64,000 bases of DNA, from assembly GCA_951406725.2 (NCBI GenBank), contig OX597814.1, positions 94,922,001 through 94,986,000 of the forward strand, given 5' to 3'. This document shows, one piece after another, positions 48,730-64,000 of the stretch. Numbering within the stretch: the stretch's first letter is position 1; each line of letters starts with the position of its first letter. Source of the stretch: Octopus vulgaris. Taxonomy: Eukaryota. The position numbers and the translations under genes were made by a program. The notes under the pieces were generated by a model. The model saw only the letters and a list, made by a program, of their open reading frames with translations. It was not told the DNA's origin and did not search any database.

Positions 48730-51391
48730 TACTGTTTCCAAGTAAAGCAAATAAAAGGTAAAAACAGATGTCATGAACGTATTAAATTCTATTGTCCCTA
48801 GAGAACGGTTTTTCAATTCAATATCTGTCATGTGCAAGATAATAAGCACGTTGTAAAATCAGAATAGAAGTCATTTTATGACTGAAATAAATACTGGAAG
48901 TATTACATCTGGGATCATGTTTTGGTTGGCTTCAAACGAAATACGAAATAGTGTAAAATTGGCTTGTTAGACTTCAGTACATATGTTTTAGCTTAATAGC
49001 ATTGTGCGTTATTGTGTTTTTACTCGCGGGACAATATACTTAACTAACAGTTTATGGCTATATATATATGACAAAAAATATTCTTTCATACAACGTTCTG
49101 ATAACTAAACAACTTTCATGTAATAAATAGAACGAAGGAACATTGATATTGATCAACACAATGTATTTGGCGTCAATTTTATTAGCAAAACTTTTCCTCA
49201 CTCTTAATGAGTCGTTATATTCCCACTGAAGGCTTCGTTGTCTTACATAGGAAGTCGGTTGCAAATCTTATTGCTAAAACCTTTCTGCCTGTTTACGGAT
49301 TCATATCTTAAGTTTCTGGTATAAGTGAAATGAAATTACTTAAAAGGAAATTGAATTTCTGTATTTGACAGCTGACTAGCAGCTTTTATGTCATTCTACT
49401 AAACTCACACAAATATAGAGCTAATATGACCGAGGGGATATGGCACAAGTTTCTCGTTAGTTAATCGATGCACATGTATCTCACTGAACTGCAATCCTAC
49501 TTTTGTACGTCACATATTTTTACAATCTCCTTGACTTGAGATATTAAACAAATGTAAATTTACTTCATAACATCAAAAAAATCATTTTACTACATTCGAC
49601 ACAAGAAAGTAGTATCTTCTAGCAAAAATACTTTCCCCTCTATTCATCCTTCTTCAACTATCTGAACACAAGTTTGATTTGTATATGACTTTGATTCATC
49701 TCACCAGATACTAATCACCACCATAAAGTGGGATTTCGAAAACGTCTTTAATAGGAACATGACAATCTAGTCTTATCCAACTCTATGAATACCACAGTAC
49801 TGAGTTATCTCTGCAATATCTTAGAGAGCTACAGAACTCGCGGTGTTTTTACCCTTCACCGGGATGAAATCTAACCCATTTCGTTTAAAAATCTTCAGTA
49901 TTACGAAAGTTGCAATTCTATTTTGAGACAGAGACACGTTCAAAAATATGTAATCTCAATGTATTTTTTTTTTTTATTAGTGATCAAATTTTAGTTAATA
50001 CGAATTTCAGTTTTCTAATGTTGACTGAAGGCCTGTACTTAAACAAGAGGTTATTACGCTTTGGGAATAAAGCGATGGAAATTGTAGGCACCCTGTTCAC
50101 CGTGAAAATTATTTCGTTGGACCTGACTCAAACTTTGTAAACAACAGAACAAATATCAGTGATCTCATATTAAAAATGACTCCGGTACAGTTTGCAGTTG
50201 TGTGTGCATTTGTGTGCTCGCAATTAAAGAAATTGATCTGTTTGATATTCAGAAAAAAATAGTGTTCAAAGAGTTTATAATGACTGAGTTGAAATGATGT
50301 ATTGAAATACTAAAGAATATGCAGTGACTTGATTTCCGCTAGAAGCACTTCATTCTGTCTTTGGACAGGACGCTTGACTCTACATAGCATGAAAACTGAC
50401 ATATAGAGAATTTAGTTTTTGCTCTATTGAATAGGCATCAGATTTTCTGGAAATTATAACTTCGACAAACTAGCGTCCTATAAAAAGTAAAACAAAATCT
50501 CCTCTAATCTCCTTAGCACTACAGAATCTGAAGTTATCTAACGACTTGGTAAGTTTTTATGCCTCATGAAAACATTTAGCTTTTCTCTTCTTTTTTTTCC
50601 TTTTTTTTTTCTATTATTTATTTTCATGTTATACTATTCTATAGATTATTTTACTTTTCCCTTAACTACGTCGAGAAAGTGAAGAGAAAATCAATACGCA
50701 GCTGTTCAGGGAAATTTCTTGTACGCAATTTTCCACTTGTACACCCACTCGCTTTTTCGTAATCTGATGGTAGTTTTATTTTGATATAAATTTGTCAGTT
50801 ATAAACTGAATCACTTGTATAATTCGCTATAATAAACTTATTCGATTTGTTATTATTGTTTTATTTGTCAAGTTAAGCTTTATCCATATTTAATATTCCA
50901 AGTATTCCCTCGTTTTGATGTACAACTTCTGCAAGTGTAAGTATGTTTGTGAGAGTCTGCTGTATGTATGAGTATGTTTGTGAAACTCTCTTGGATGTGT
51001 GTAAGTATTTATAGAGCATAGCCTTAAATTGTTGGAATTGAATCCCATGATTAAAACAAAATCAGCATTTAATTTATCAGAAAACGAAATCCATTTCTGT
51101 TGTCGTATAAAGTATCACCCTACAGCGGTTATGTGGCTTTAGCTGACATGAAACTCGGGTAAGGAAGCAGTAGAATTCTAGGCCGGGTATTAAAAAATAT
51201 GCACAGTACATCCAATATATTTTTCAGCATCTTCGGGCAGTTTCTTGCAATCATTTGTATGTGCACATGGGTTTATGGCAAACTGTGTGTATAGATGTAA
51301 TTCAGCGTAATAGAAAACTTTCAAAGTACTTGTCATTTTTCCTGATTAAAAAAATCCAAAACATCGAAGTAAAAATCAGTCGAAAAACATA

Positions 51392-51657
51392 GAAGTCAAT
51401 TAATATGGAAGATATGGGGCAATTAATATGGAAGAAAGATGTCGATATGGTAGAGAGGAGTCTCTTAAATGGTAGATAGGAGTTAATTAGCATGTAGATA
51501 GGGGTCAATTAACATGGCAGACAGGAGTCAATTAATATGGTAGATAGGAGTCAACTAATATGGTGGAAACGGGTCAATTAATATAGTAGATAGGAGTCAA
51601 TTAATATGGTAGATAAGAGTCAGTTAATATGGTTGATAGGAGTCAATTAATATGGTC
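51392..51657. repeat. 23-bp minisatellite (agtcaattaatatggtagatagg), ~11-12 units
   Basis: Units are degenerate on the left and more homogeneous on the right. Confidence 0.9.
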
Positions 51658-51999
51658 ATGGATTTACTTGTTAAAAATACAAACTGTTTTGTTTCGATTA
51701 GTTCTCTGTATTTTTGTTTTTGTTTCATTACATAGTTAAGGTTTACTCAGCTTTCCTTCCTTTAATATTTGAATTTTTAATATGTTCATGTGATTGAGCA
51801 GTGCAAAAGTTTCTTTCAATTGATGAGAAAAGCTAAAAGCTTGGACATTATGTTACCTATCATATGTGTGTAGGGAGGGGTATTTCTCGATAACACCAAA
51901 AAGAAGGTACTTCTTTTCTACTCGCTAAAGTGAATGGCACTAATGTCATCAGACGATATCTCACGGTCATATGAAATTTAAACAAAAGTTTGATGGAAC

Positions 52000-53820
<1,821 letters not shown>

Positions 53821-54055
53821 ACTGACAGGGGAGTTAACCGCCCCATGACAGTCTACGATCACCAGAACAGGCTTAGTTTCGCCTATTCTATGAGCATCGT
53901 CAGTCGTCACTGCTCAAACGGTCGAAGTTTTATACTAAAAATAAATAAAAATTGATATAAATATTGATATAAATTTGACCATCCTCAAGTATAACAAGAC
54001 ATATATATATATTGTTTTATATATATATATATATATATATTGTTATATATTGTTA

Positions 54056-54660
54056 TATATCGTTAGCAACACTTATAGAAAATGAATAGTCTACCAAATC
54101 CAAACCTACGCATTAGCTGTGGTCATTCTTCCCCGAAATCTTCATTCATCTTCTCATACATTTATAAATGGTTACCTAGGAAAAGTAAAATACCGATATT
54201 TCTTAAAAAATATCTTTTCAGAGGATATTGAAGTCCTTTTCAAGAAATTGCTTTCTGTCAGTTGAGCATTTTTTCAAAGTAATTGATCTTTTCTGATTCA
54301 GCGATTTAACGAATTCTGGATTCTTCCACATACTTTCCCATTCTGTTACAAAATTCAGTGATAAAGAACTGATGGTCGCTTTGTGTCACTGTTGATGATA
54401 GCTTTGTGACCTTTCGTTGAGTCTCATCATTCCCTTTATTATCACTTATATATACACGTTTATGTATTTGTTTTGTAAGATTCCTGATGTGAATTCGTGT
54501 GTTGAAACAGATATTGTTACACTTGGGGATAGAAAGTTGGTGATGAAGTCACAGGATGTGGGCCGAAAGAGCTTTGAAAATGAGACTAAAATAACAATAA
54601 TAAAGGGGAAGCGAAGACCAAATATATAGTGTGTGTGTGTGCTTAATTGGCAAAATTTGA

Positions 54661-54722
<62 letters not shown>

Positions 54723-54780
54723 ATATGTATGTATATAACATTATATATGTATATATATATAATGTTATATACATACATAT

Positions 54781-54828
<48 letters not shown>

Positions 54829-55436
54829 TCAAATTTTGCCAATTAAGCACACACACACACTATATATTTGGTCTTCGCTTCCCCTTTATTATTGTTATTT
54901 TAGTCTCATTTTCAAAGCTCTTTCGGCCCACATCCTGTGACTTCATCACCAACTTTCTATCCCCAAGTGTAACAATATCTGTTTCAACACACGAATTCAC
55001 ATCAGGAATCTTACAAAACAAATACATAAACGTGTATATATAAGTGATAATAAAGGGAATGATGAGACTCAACGAAAGGTCACAAAGCTATCATCAACAG
55101 TGACACAAAGCGGACCATCAGTTCTTTATCACTGAATTTTGTAACAGAATGGGAAAGTATGTGGAAGAATCCAGAATTCGTTAAATCGCTGAATCAGAAA
55201 AGATCAATTACTTTGAAAAAAATGCTCAACTGACAGAAAGCAATTTCTTGAAAAGGACTTCAATATCCTCTGAAAAGATATTTTTTAAGAAATATCGGTA
55301 TTTTACTTTTCCTAGGTAACCATTTATAAATGTATGAGAAGATGAATGAAGATTTCGGGGAAGAATGACCACAGCTAATGCGTAGGTTTGGATTTGGTAG
55401 ACTATTCATTTTCTATAAGTGTTGCTAACGATATAA
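54056..55436. repeat. ~1.38 kb near-perfect palindrome centred on a TA-rich microsatellite
   Basis: 54061-54663 is the reverse complement of 54825-55430 (one 1-nt indel seen, plus a CA-unit length difference). The TA-rich centre is itself mirrored. Identical ORFs appear on both strands. Confidence 0.97.
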
Positions 55437-55564
55437 CAAGAGAAAAAATCTTGCAAATAAAGCACAATCCAAGGAAGCCAGTGGTTTTCAGTGATGACAA
55501 GATTTGTGTTATTTGTAAATAGCAGTAGAAAGCGTACAGAAAAATAGCCATGGAGAGTGTAGTA

Positions 55565-55599
55565 GCCAACGATTCGGATAGATTCCTTCATCAGAAGGG
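55565..55599 (-). ncRNA. Degenerate hammerhead motif (Penelope-like terminal repeat)
   Basis: ctt-ctgatga-agga-atcta-tcc-gaat-cg-tt. GAAA is mutated to GAAT. Confidence 0.45.
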
Positions 55600-56140
55600 A
55601 AATAAAAGATAGAAGGTAAATAAAAGAAAGACAATAGAGTCTCACATCCACTATGTTGCAACCATTTTCATAGAGGATGCAAAATTCTTGTCTTTCTGTT
55701 ACGTTGCTTTTTACGAAAAATCGTACAGGATATTCATCTTTGCTTCATGTACCATCACTGATCTAGTTAAGATATCAGTATGTTAACATGATAATAGTTC
55801 TGTCCACTCTGTCTAAACAGTTTTCGAAGATCATAATATTCAGTTTTTCTTTTTCTTCACATCTGAGATATATTGAAAATGTACGGCAACTGAATTCAAA
55901 AACAATCTTTTTTTTAATTATGAAAGAATAGTACAAATTAAAACCCGTCAACTGAAAAGTCTTTCTGGCAGTATCATATGAAGTATTCCTTAAGAATAAA
56001 AGTAATTATGATATAATAAAGGATTTCAAAATTTTTATTATGAGTAAACGTAAATGATTTCTTTGCACATTAAATGAACTGATTCCAACAAAATAAGGAC
56101 TTTCTGACCTAAACGTGCACTCTAACACGCACACACAAAA

Positions 56141-56196
<56 letters not shown>

Positions 56197-56219
56197 ACAG
56201 CAGCAGCAGCAGCAGTAGT

Positions 56220-56300
<81 letters not shown>
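56141..56300. repeat. Compound (AGT)/(AGC)n microsatellite
   Basis: Direct. Confidence 0.97.
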
Positions 56301-56301
<1 letters not shown>

Positions 56302-56747
56302 AAGTTGGATTCAGAGTGGCATACAGAGTAAACTCCCTCTGTAGTATTGGCTATCAGTCTCCGGAGTAATCATTTGCCGAGTTACCGAGTAGTGTAACAT
56401 AATATGGCCGTGTAACTGAAAATCCCAGGTAATCCCAACAGTAAATTTCTTCCGCGAGGATCAAATAACTGATTTTATACAAACTCACACACATACACAC
56501 ACAGACACACACACACACACACACACATACACACACACACTTACAAACACACTCACATAACGTTTTAGTGTGCCCAAGACACGCCGTACGTTACGACGGC
56601 GCTCCCACAACTCCATCAAGAGGTGAGATTCCAAGGGAGAAAGACATTTACCACTTAATGGTGATTGCGTTTCCCTGGCAAGCAAGAGATTCGATTACCA
56701 TTAACAGATATGTCTTTGCTTTCTGGCTTATCATGTTTATACTGCTT

Positions 56748-57085
56748 TATATAAAAAATAAATATCTTGCATCATGTTGTATAATACATACGTGTATGCA
56801 TATAATATATAAAATATGCATGTATTTATATCATATTTATATGTGTATGCGTATATATGTGTATGTGTATATAAAAAATAAATATCTTGCATCATATTGT
56901 ATAATACATACGTGTATGCATATAATATATAAAATATGCATGTATTTATATCGTATTTATATGTGTATGCGTATATAAAAAATAAATATCTTGCATCATA
57001 TTGTATAATACATACGTGTATGCATATAATATATAAAATATGCGTGTATTTATATCGTATTTATATGTGTATGCGTATATGTGTG
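56748..57085. repeat. Three tandem copies of a ~104-120-bp AT-rich unit
   Basis: tatataaaaaataaatatcttgcatcat... at ~56748, ~56868 and ~56972. Confidence 0.93.
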
Positions 57086-58611
57086 TGCGTTCATAACTTA
57101 TATTATATGTGCATGTATAATTCGTTACGCACAAGCGTGTGTATGCGTGAAACACAGAGAAGAAAAAACGAAAGAATGAAAGAGAATTTTAAATGAATAT
57201 GCAACTTCCATTCATCACACAAGAGAGATGTGTGTGCGTTGATCGAAAACTCATGTCAAAGTAGACATATCAGCTCAGCTTACCGATAAGCTAATGGCTG
57301 CTTGGATACAAGAGGATATAGCATCAAAGCTAACAAAAAGATAAAAATTTATCTTTTTCTCTTGTCTGACTTTTATTCGATGATTTCTTGAAAGTTTAGA
57401 ACAGAAATCTGATTGATTATTCCTCAGTGATTTTTTTTCCTTTTTGATAATTTAATGTATAAACGCTATATTTTTCCGATCATTCAGGAAAAATATTTAA
57501 TGATTTCTCCCTCCATATATCTTACTTCCTCCCAACGTCAGCCTACGAACACATTCTCTTTACTCCCCTCTGTTTCGAGCCAGTACTTTCCCTAGAAATA
57601 TTCTCTTAAAGTTTCCCCTCCTCCCCTTTTAACTTCTACAATTGTTTCCCAGTTCAGTGCTTGTAATTTCTTTGCAAAGCTTGATTAGCTCTCTCTTCAA
57701 TCAAAAAGGCTTCTTGAGTAATTGTTTTTGATCGATTTGAATGTTTTAATACAGTTTTCTTTTTCACTGGAGTTACTAAAGTATGATATTTGTTCAAATT
57801 GAAAAGCATTTACTTCAAGAAAAAGCACTGTTCAAAAAGTGTTACCGAGTCAAATTCATCAGGTTACATAATCTAAACAGTAACCACTGAAATTTATAGT
57901 AATTTCTTTTAATAAGACTGTTGGAAATAAAGACGATTGAAACAAATCTAATGAATTATTGGTGTATAAATTATCGGCTGAGAATGGATTAAATGTGCAA
58001 CTGATAACGGACTTCAATATTAACTCAGAGCATGGTGGTACCAAACTGAAGTCTCCAAAGTGTATACTCCCTTATAGTCCATGCTAACCCTCGTCTCTGC
58101 TTTAGAAATATTGCTACTTCTTTTGGTTACAAGGTTTTAATATGAATTTATAACATATTTTCTATGAACGTTTGTCATGTATGTAAAACGAAGACAACTA
58201 TATTTGACAACTGAAGCTCAGTCGCAATTCTGATCTTCACTTGAAATTAATTCCCTAAATTGTGTGGCTCACAAAGTTCAGGAATAATTGCTCCCAGCAA
58301 AGACATTAATCGAGAAATAATTTTAGTCACAAGGAAAGAAAATGTCCTTCGTTCTATTTTTCAAGGTTGTTTGGGGCCTAAATATAGTGAATTGATTCAG
58401 GGAGTGACAAAAAAAAAAAAACAAGTTGTTGTGTGGACGCCCCCAGACGATGAAATAGGCTAGCCCAATACTTAGATATAGAGGGAGAAGCCTAGAGAGT
58501 AGCAATCAGACTAGAGTAGAGTAGCAGTCGGAGTAGTGTTGAGTAAAAGTCATCCGAACGTGCGACATAACACAAGTCATGGATCGGACTAACTGTAATT
58601 AAAGTCTGCTT

Positions 58612-59178
<567 letters not shown>

Positions 59179-59419
59179 ACTGCTACTAATTAGTAGTTCG
59201 ATATTCTGAGAAATTTCTGCTACAGCTTAAGTTAAAGCAATATCTTAGACGCTAGCAACTGATATGTTATTTCACATGAGTCATATATCAATTTCTAGTT
59301 GTTGTTAACGTTGTTTTCATTCCGATTAAAATGTTGAAGAGAGATTAAAATCCTGAATATTTCTCCTTGCTTGAGGTGACCTGGAGAGGTGCAAGTGTAC
59401 TAGATTGTTTCTTCGTTGC

Positions 59420-59640
59420 CTTCTTTTTGCGCGTAAACAGATTATCACGCAACACTACGAAATAATCAAACACTGTTTCACCATTGTGTTGTACAGGTGC
59501 ATGGTGTGCCAAATGTCAGATATTGAAATGTGTGATGAGGTGTTTTGCTCAAGAACACAACTAACCACCCAGTCTGAGAATCGAACCCACAATCTCGCGA
59601 TCGTGAGTGCAACACCTTAACCACTTGGCTATGCGCTTTC
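59420..59640 (-). mobile_element. tRNA-derived SINE (same family as 27773)
   Basis: Reverse complement reads gcgcatagccaagtggttaaggtgttgcactcacgatcgcgagattgtgggttcgattc. Confidence 0.82.
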
Positions 59641-59767
59641 ATGCAAGTGTACAATATTCTTGAATACATAATAATTGAAAAGTTCATGATTTTCAATACT
59701 TTGGGTTACACATTTCTTCCATTTTAGTATATAGAAAGAAAATGTGCTGAAATCCCCATCCTATATG

Positions 59768-59812
<45 letters not shown>

Positions 59813-60026
59813 ATGCTTTTATGAGTATATAAGTGTAATTTGTGTGTATATATACATGTGTGTGTGTGTATGTGTGTGTTTGTGTATGCGTGCGTACGTG
59901 TGCGTGCGTATGCATCAATGCATGCGTCGGATTTTGTATGTCTTCGTATAAACACCGTTTGAAAAAACAGCATCCATGTTTATGTGGCATAACTTAGCGG
60001 TGCGACCAAAAAGTACGGTAAATTAA

Positions 60027-60064
<38 letters not shown>

Positions 60065-60127
60065 CGATGACGATGATGATGATGATGATGACGATGATGA
60101 CGATGATGACGATGATGTCGATGACGA

Positions 60128-60515
60128 ATAAAGACCTGGAAATTGTAGCATATGAAAAATTAAGTAAATATAAGGACCTGGAAATTAAAATATAAAACAT
60201 GTGGCATCTTAAAGCGAGAACTGTTCCTGTTATTGTGTGTTCCCTAGGTATGATAAGAAAGGATGTCGAAAACCTCTAGATAATATACCAGGAAAACCAT
60301 GTCTCAGAGAAATCAAAAAAATTGTGCTGACAAGTACTGCCCACATCCTTAGAAAGATATTTCGCTACTGTCTCTGTCACTTCCCCTTCCCAAGCTTCCT
60401 CTCATACTGTAACCTCTTTTATCCTTCACTCGCCTTAGGATGCTGAGTGTGTTCCGGCAAATGATTTGTAACAAACATGCAGATTAAAAGTAAATAATAA
60501 TAATGATGATAATAA
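60128..60515 (+). mobile_element. Dong/R4 3'-end fragment with (TAA) tail
   Basis: EKLSKYKDLEI, MWHLKARTVPVIV.SLGMI and IKKIVLTSTAHILRK. Confidence 0.85.
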
Positions 60516-60520
60516 TAAGA

Positions 60521-60521
<1 letters not shown>

Positions 60522-60591
<70 letters not shown>

Positions 60592-60620
60592 CATTATCTT
60601 CATTATTATTATTATTATTA

Positions 60621-60666
<46 letters not shown>

Positions 60667-60668
60667 CA

Positions 60669-60702
<34 letters not shown>

Positions 60703-60704
60703 CA

Positions 60705-60768
<64 letters not shown>

Positions 60769-60770
60769 CA

Positions 60771-60808
<38 letters not shown>
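60522..60808. repeat. (TTA)/(TCA)n microsatellite
   Basis: Direct. Confidence 0.97.
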
Positions 60809-61040
60809 GTCGTTGTTGTTGAGTCCTTGGGAACAGTGTCAGGAGGCACCAAGAAGAATATAAAGGAAATTGGAATAGAGTGCCCAGTAGAACTGTCACA
60901 AAAAGTCTGCCTCCTTGCACGGCCAGGTTAATCAGAAATGTATTAGATAGCTTACAAGAACAGATAGCACGGTACCGTAGGCTGCAGGTAGTAAGCCCGC
61001 TACGCATGCAAGTCTTCAAGAGCTTCAACAAATCCTGTGA
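60809..61040 (+). mobile_element. RLE-LINE 3'-end fragment (another family)
   Basis: VVVESLGTVS...LSQKVCLL..ARLIRNVLD. Confidence 0.7.
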
Positions 61041-61077
61041 TGGAAATTCTTAGGTTTTATTAATACATCACAACATG

Positions 61078-61259
61078 GGCGCAGGAGTGGCTGTGTGGTA
61101 AGTAGCTTGCTTACTAACCACATGGTTCCGGGTTCAGTGCCGCTGCGTGGCACCTTGGGCAAGTGTCTTCTACTATAGCCTCAGGCCGACCAAAGCCTTG
61201 TGAGTGGATTTGGTAGACGGAAACTGAAAGAAGCCCGTCGTATATATGTATATATATGT

Positions 61260-61295
<36 letters not shown>

Positions 61296-61495
61296 TGGCT
61301 TGTCTGTGTTTGTCCCCCTAGCATTGCTTGATAACCGATGCTGGTATATTTATGTCCCCGTCACTTAGCGGTTCGGCAAAAGATGCCGATAGAATAAGTA
61401 CTAGGCTTACAAGGAATAAGTCCCGGGGTCGAATTGCTCGGCTAAAGGCGGTGCTCCAGCATGGCCGCAGTCAAATGACTGAAACAAGTAAAGGA
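61078..61495 (+). mobile_element. Full-length young tRNA-derived SINE with internal (TA)/(GT) microsatellite
   Basis: ggcgcaggagtggctgtgtggtaag head, gggttcagt B-box-like motif, accttgggcaagtgtctt core and caaatgactgaaacaagtaaa tail. Confidence 0.9.
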
Positions 61496-62007
61496 GTAGA
61501 GAGAGAGTATATGTTCCTGCATCCCACCTGTCCTTTAGTTATGATTTTTTCATATTCATAAGATATTATTTAAGATTATTAATATTTATGAATCTGATGT
61601 TTTTGACGTCAATTACAAGGTAGATGTCTCTTCAGGTGCCACAGCTACTTATGTGTGTGTGTTTGTGTGCGTGCGTTTGTGTGCGTGCGTTTGTGCGTGT
61701 GGGGGTTTATGCGTGCGTGTGTGTGTATGTTTGTTCCTGTATGCGTTTGTGCGTTTGTGAATGTGTGCGCTTGCATCCATGCGTGTATGTGTGTGTTTGT
61801 GCAAGTCTGTGTGTGTGTGTGTTCGTTGTTAGGCTATAATAAAGACAGTTTTACATTTTGGTAGATTACAAATTTATTATTATTTAACAAGAGTAGTATT
61901 CATTGTGACTTCGAAGTTTAGGCCCACTAACTCATCATCGGACAGTCCGATGATGGTTTAGCTGTCAAAGTCACTGTCAATAGAAAGAAAGAGAGAGATA
62001 CATACAG

Positions 62008-62040
<33 letters not shown>

Positions 62041-62129
62041 TGTATGTATGTATGTATGTATTAATGTATGTATGTATGTATGTATGTATGTATGTATGTA
62101 TGTATGTATGTATGTATGTGTGTGTGAGT

Positions 62130-62590
62130 TGTGTCAGGTCACTTTCGAGTGCTACTGGTAACATGTAACCCAGTAAAACCTGTCGCATGGTCGGGTCGCC
62201 GGCGACTAAACCGGCAACCCCACCAAGTGAGGAGGGTGTTTATTGGACACCCTGCGGGATGAAAAACAAAACCCGTCAAAGGGCGGAGGAACTCTTGAGA
62301 GTCAACGGCCATCCAATAAATGTCTTAGGGCTGTATCATGCGCGGGGATGAATACCCGATCGCGCGGTTAAACCATTGGGAGTGAAGGGCTCCTAGCTTT
62401 TGTTAGGGCATTTTTCTTGGAGAAGGTAACTCAGGTAACTTGGATAACTCCGACATAAAACCTGCGGCTCAGTGGTTACTGATGATGTTGACTTCTTCTT
62501 TTCGGATTATGGCTACTGTTGCACGATAACAACATTGATTAAGCTTCGTGCAATGGCCATACTCGATAACGAGGGGGCAGCCACCATGTG
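62130..62590 (+). mobile_element. GC-richer block resembling an RTE-type LINE 5' UTR or derived non-autonomous element
   Basis: Discrete block between (GTAT)/(GT) repeats with several hairpins (gtcgccggcgac; agggtgt..acaccct) and a ggagaagg.aactc..ataaaacc motif. The family assignment is from recollection. Confidence 0.45.
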
Positions 62591-62904
62591 TGTGAGTATA
62601 CTTAGTATTTCTTGATAGTAGAATATATATGCGCATGCGTTTGTTTGTTTATATATAAGTTGTTTTACGTAATATCACCAGACTAGAAGCATTTCCAACT
62701 GTATGACTCAGGCTATTTCTAAAAAGCTATAGACTTATCGTCGAAATCACATATAATAACATTTATTTCTTCCCGTCTAAACATCAATTTATATATAAAA
62801 TTACATTAAACAATGTCGCTATATGTCTGCAATCATACATTGGGAAAAATCGATTTGATATCGTTAGATAAAATTTTCCCTGTTGATATATATATATATA
62901 TATT

Positions 62905-62941
<37 letters not shown>

Positions 62942-63351
62942 ATACACATACACACACATACGCATACTATACAACTTGACAAGTATCTCGTCAGTTTAGC
63001 GACCTCGTTTTGAATTTTACAGATATTATTCATTGCAGCTAGCAATGGTAAGAGTAGAGACAGCCGATTGCGATTTCAGATTTTCGTTCAAAATGAATGA
63101 AGTACAGAATGTGTGTAGTTTCTGTTTTATACATGTGCATAAATACACAGTCGGAGGTATTAGCTTTTTGACATGGTAAAGTATATGAAGTTATGGTTGT
63201 ACAGTTCGTACAACAGAATTCTTAAATACAAGCAGGCACCATAGATGTTTCCAGAACCATAGCTTGCAAAGTTATAGCAATCTTATTAATCGTAAGCGTT
63301 TAAACTACTTCTGCACGAGTTGACATATGGATGATAGATAGAGAAAAAAAG

Positions 63352-63707
<356 letters not shown>

Positions 63708-64000
63708 GGATTGTAAAAGATATTTCAAACACACACGAAGACGTATCGTCACCCCACCTGCATCAGATTTGCCATGGAAATATCATCTTGCGATGAGGTG
63801 GGACAATCAAATTAACAAAAAATGACAAAAATTTCTATAAAGCTACACTCACTCTAAACCAGCCACATAATCACAACAACCTTACTGAAACCACTTCCAC
63901 ACCAAACACAGACAAATCCACTAAAGCAATGAAACCATATTGCACGCTCTAGAGCAGTGTCCGAGAATTGTTGAGTTGTGAAATAGTGTGAAATAAAATT

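Noticed and set aside
54417-55072. Duplicated 70-aa and 136-aa ORFs on both strands
   Set aside because: A by-product of the palindrome, with no recognisable domain.

Overview
AT-rich, repeat-saturated eukaryotic DNA in which I can support no host protein-coding exon. It reads as intronic or intergenic sequence, and the SINE families and microsatellite load suggest an octopus-like cephalopod genome (inference). Main contents: a near-full-length but disrupted R4/Dong-type restriction-like-endonuclease LINE (about 1201-4987) plus several Dong fragments in (TAA)n tracts; many tRNA-derived SINEs of at least three families; two decayed Tc1/mariner transposons; several MITEs, including an 8-bp-TSD foldback element with telomere-like repeats inside; Helentron-like short elements; Penelope-like remnants carrying minimal hammerhead ribozyme motifs; and abundant simple repeats. 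The most striking structures are perfect or near-perfect inverted repeats: a ~1.38 kb almost spacerless palindrome centred on (TA)n, a 101-bp-arm hairpin, a 129-bp-arm inverted pair, and a small TA-flanked foldback. These could be real dsRNA/cruciform formers or, for the TA-centred ones, sequencing foldback artefacts. Nearly all ORFs in the supplied track are microsatellite or repeat artefacts. Coordinates of old elements are approximate.
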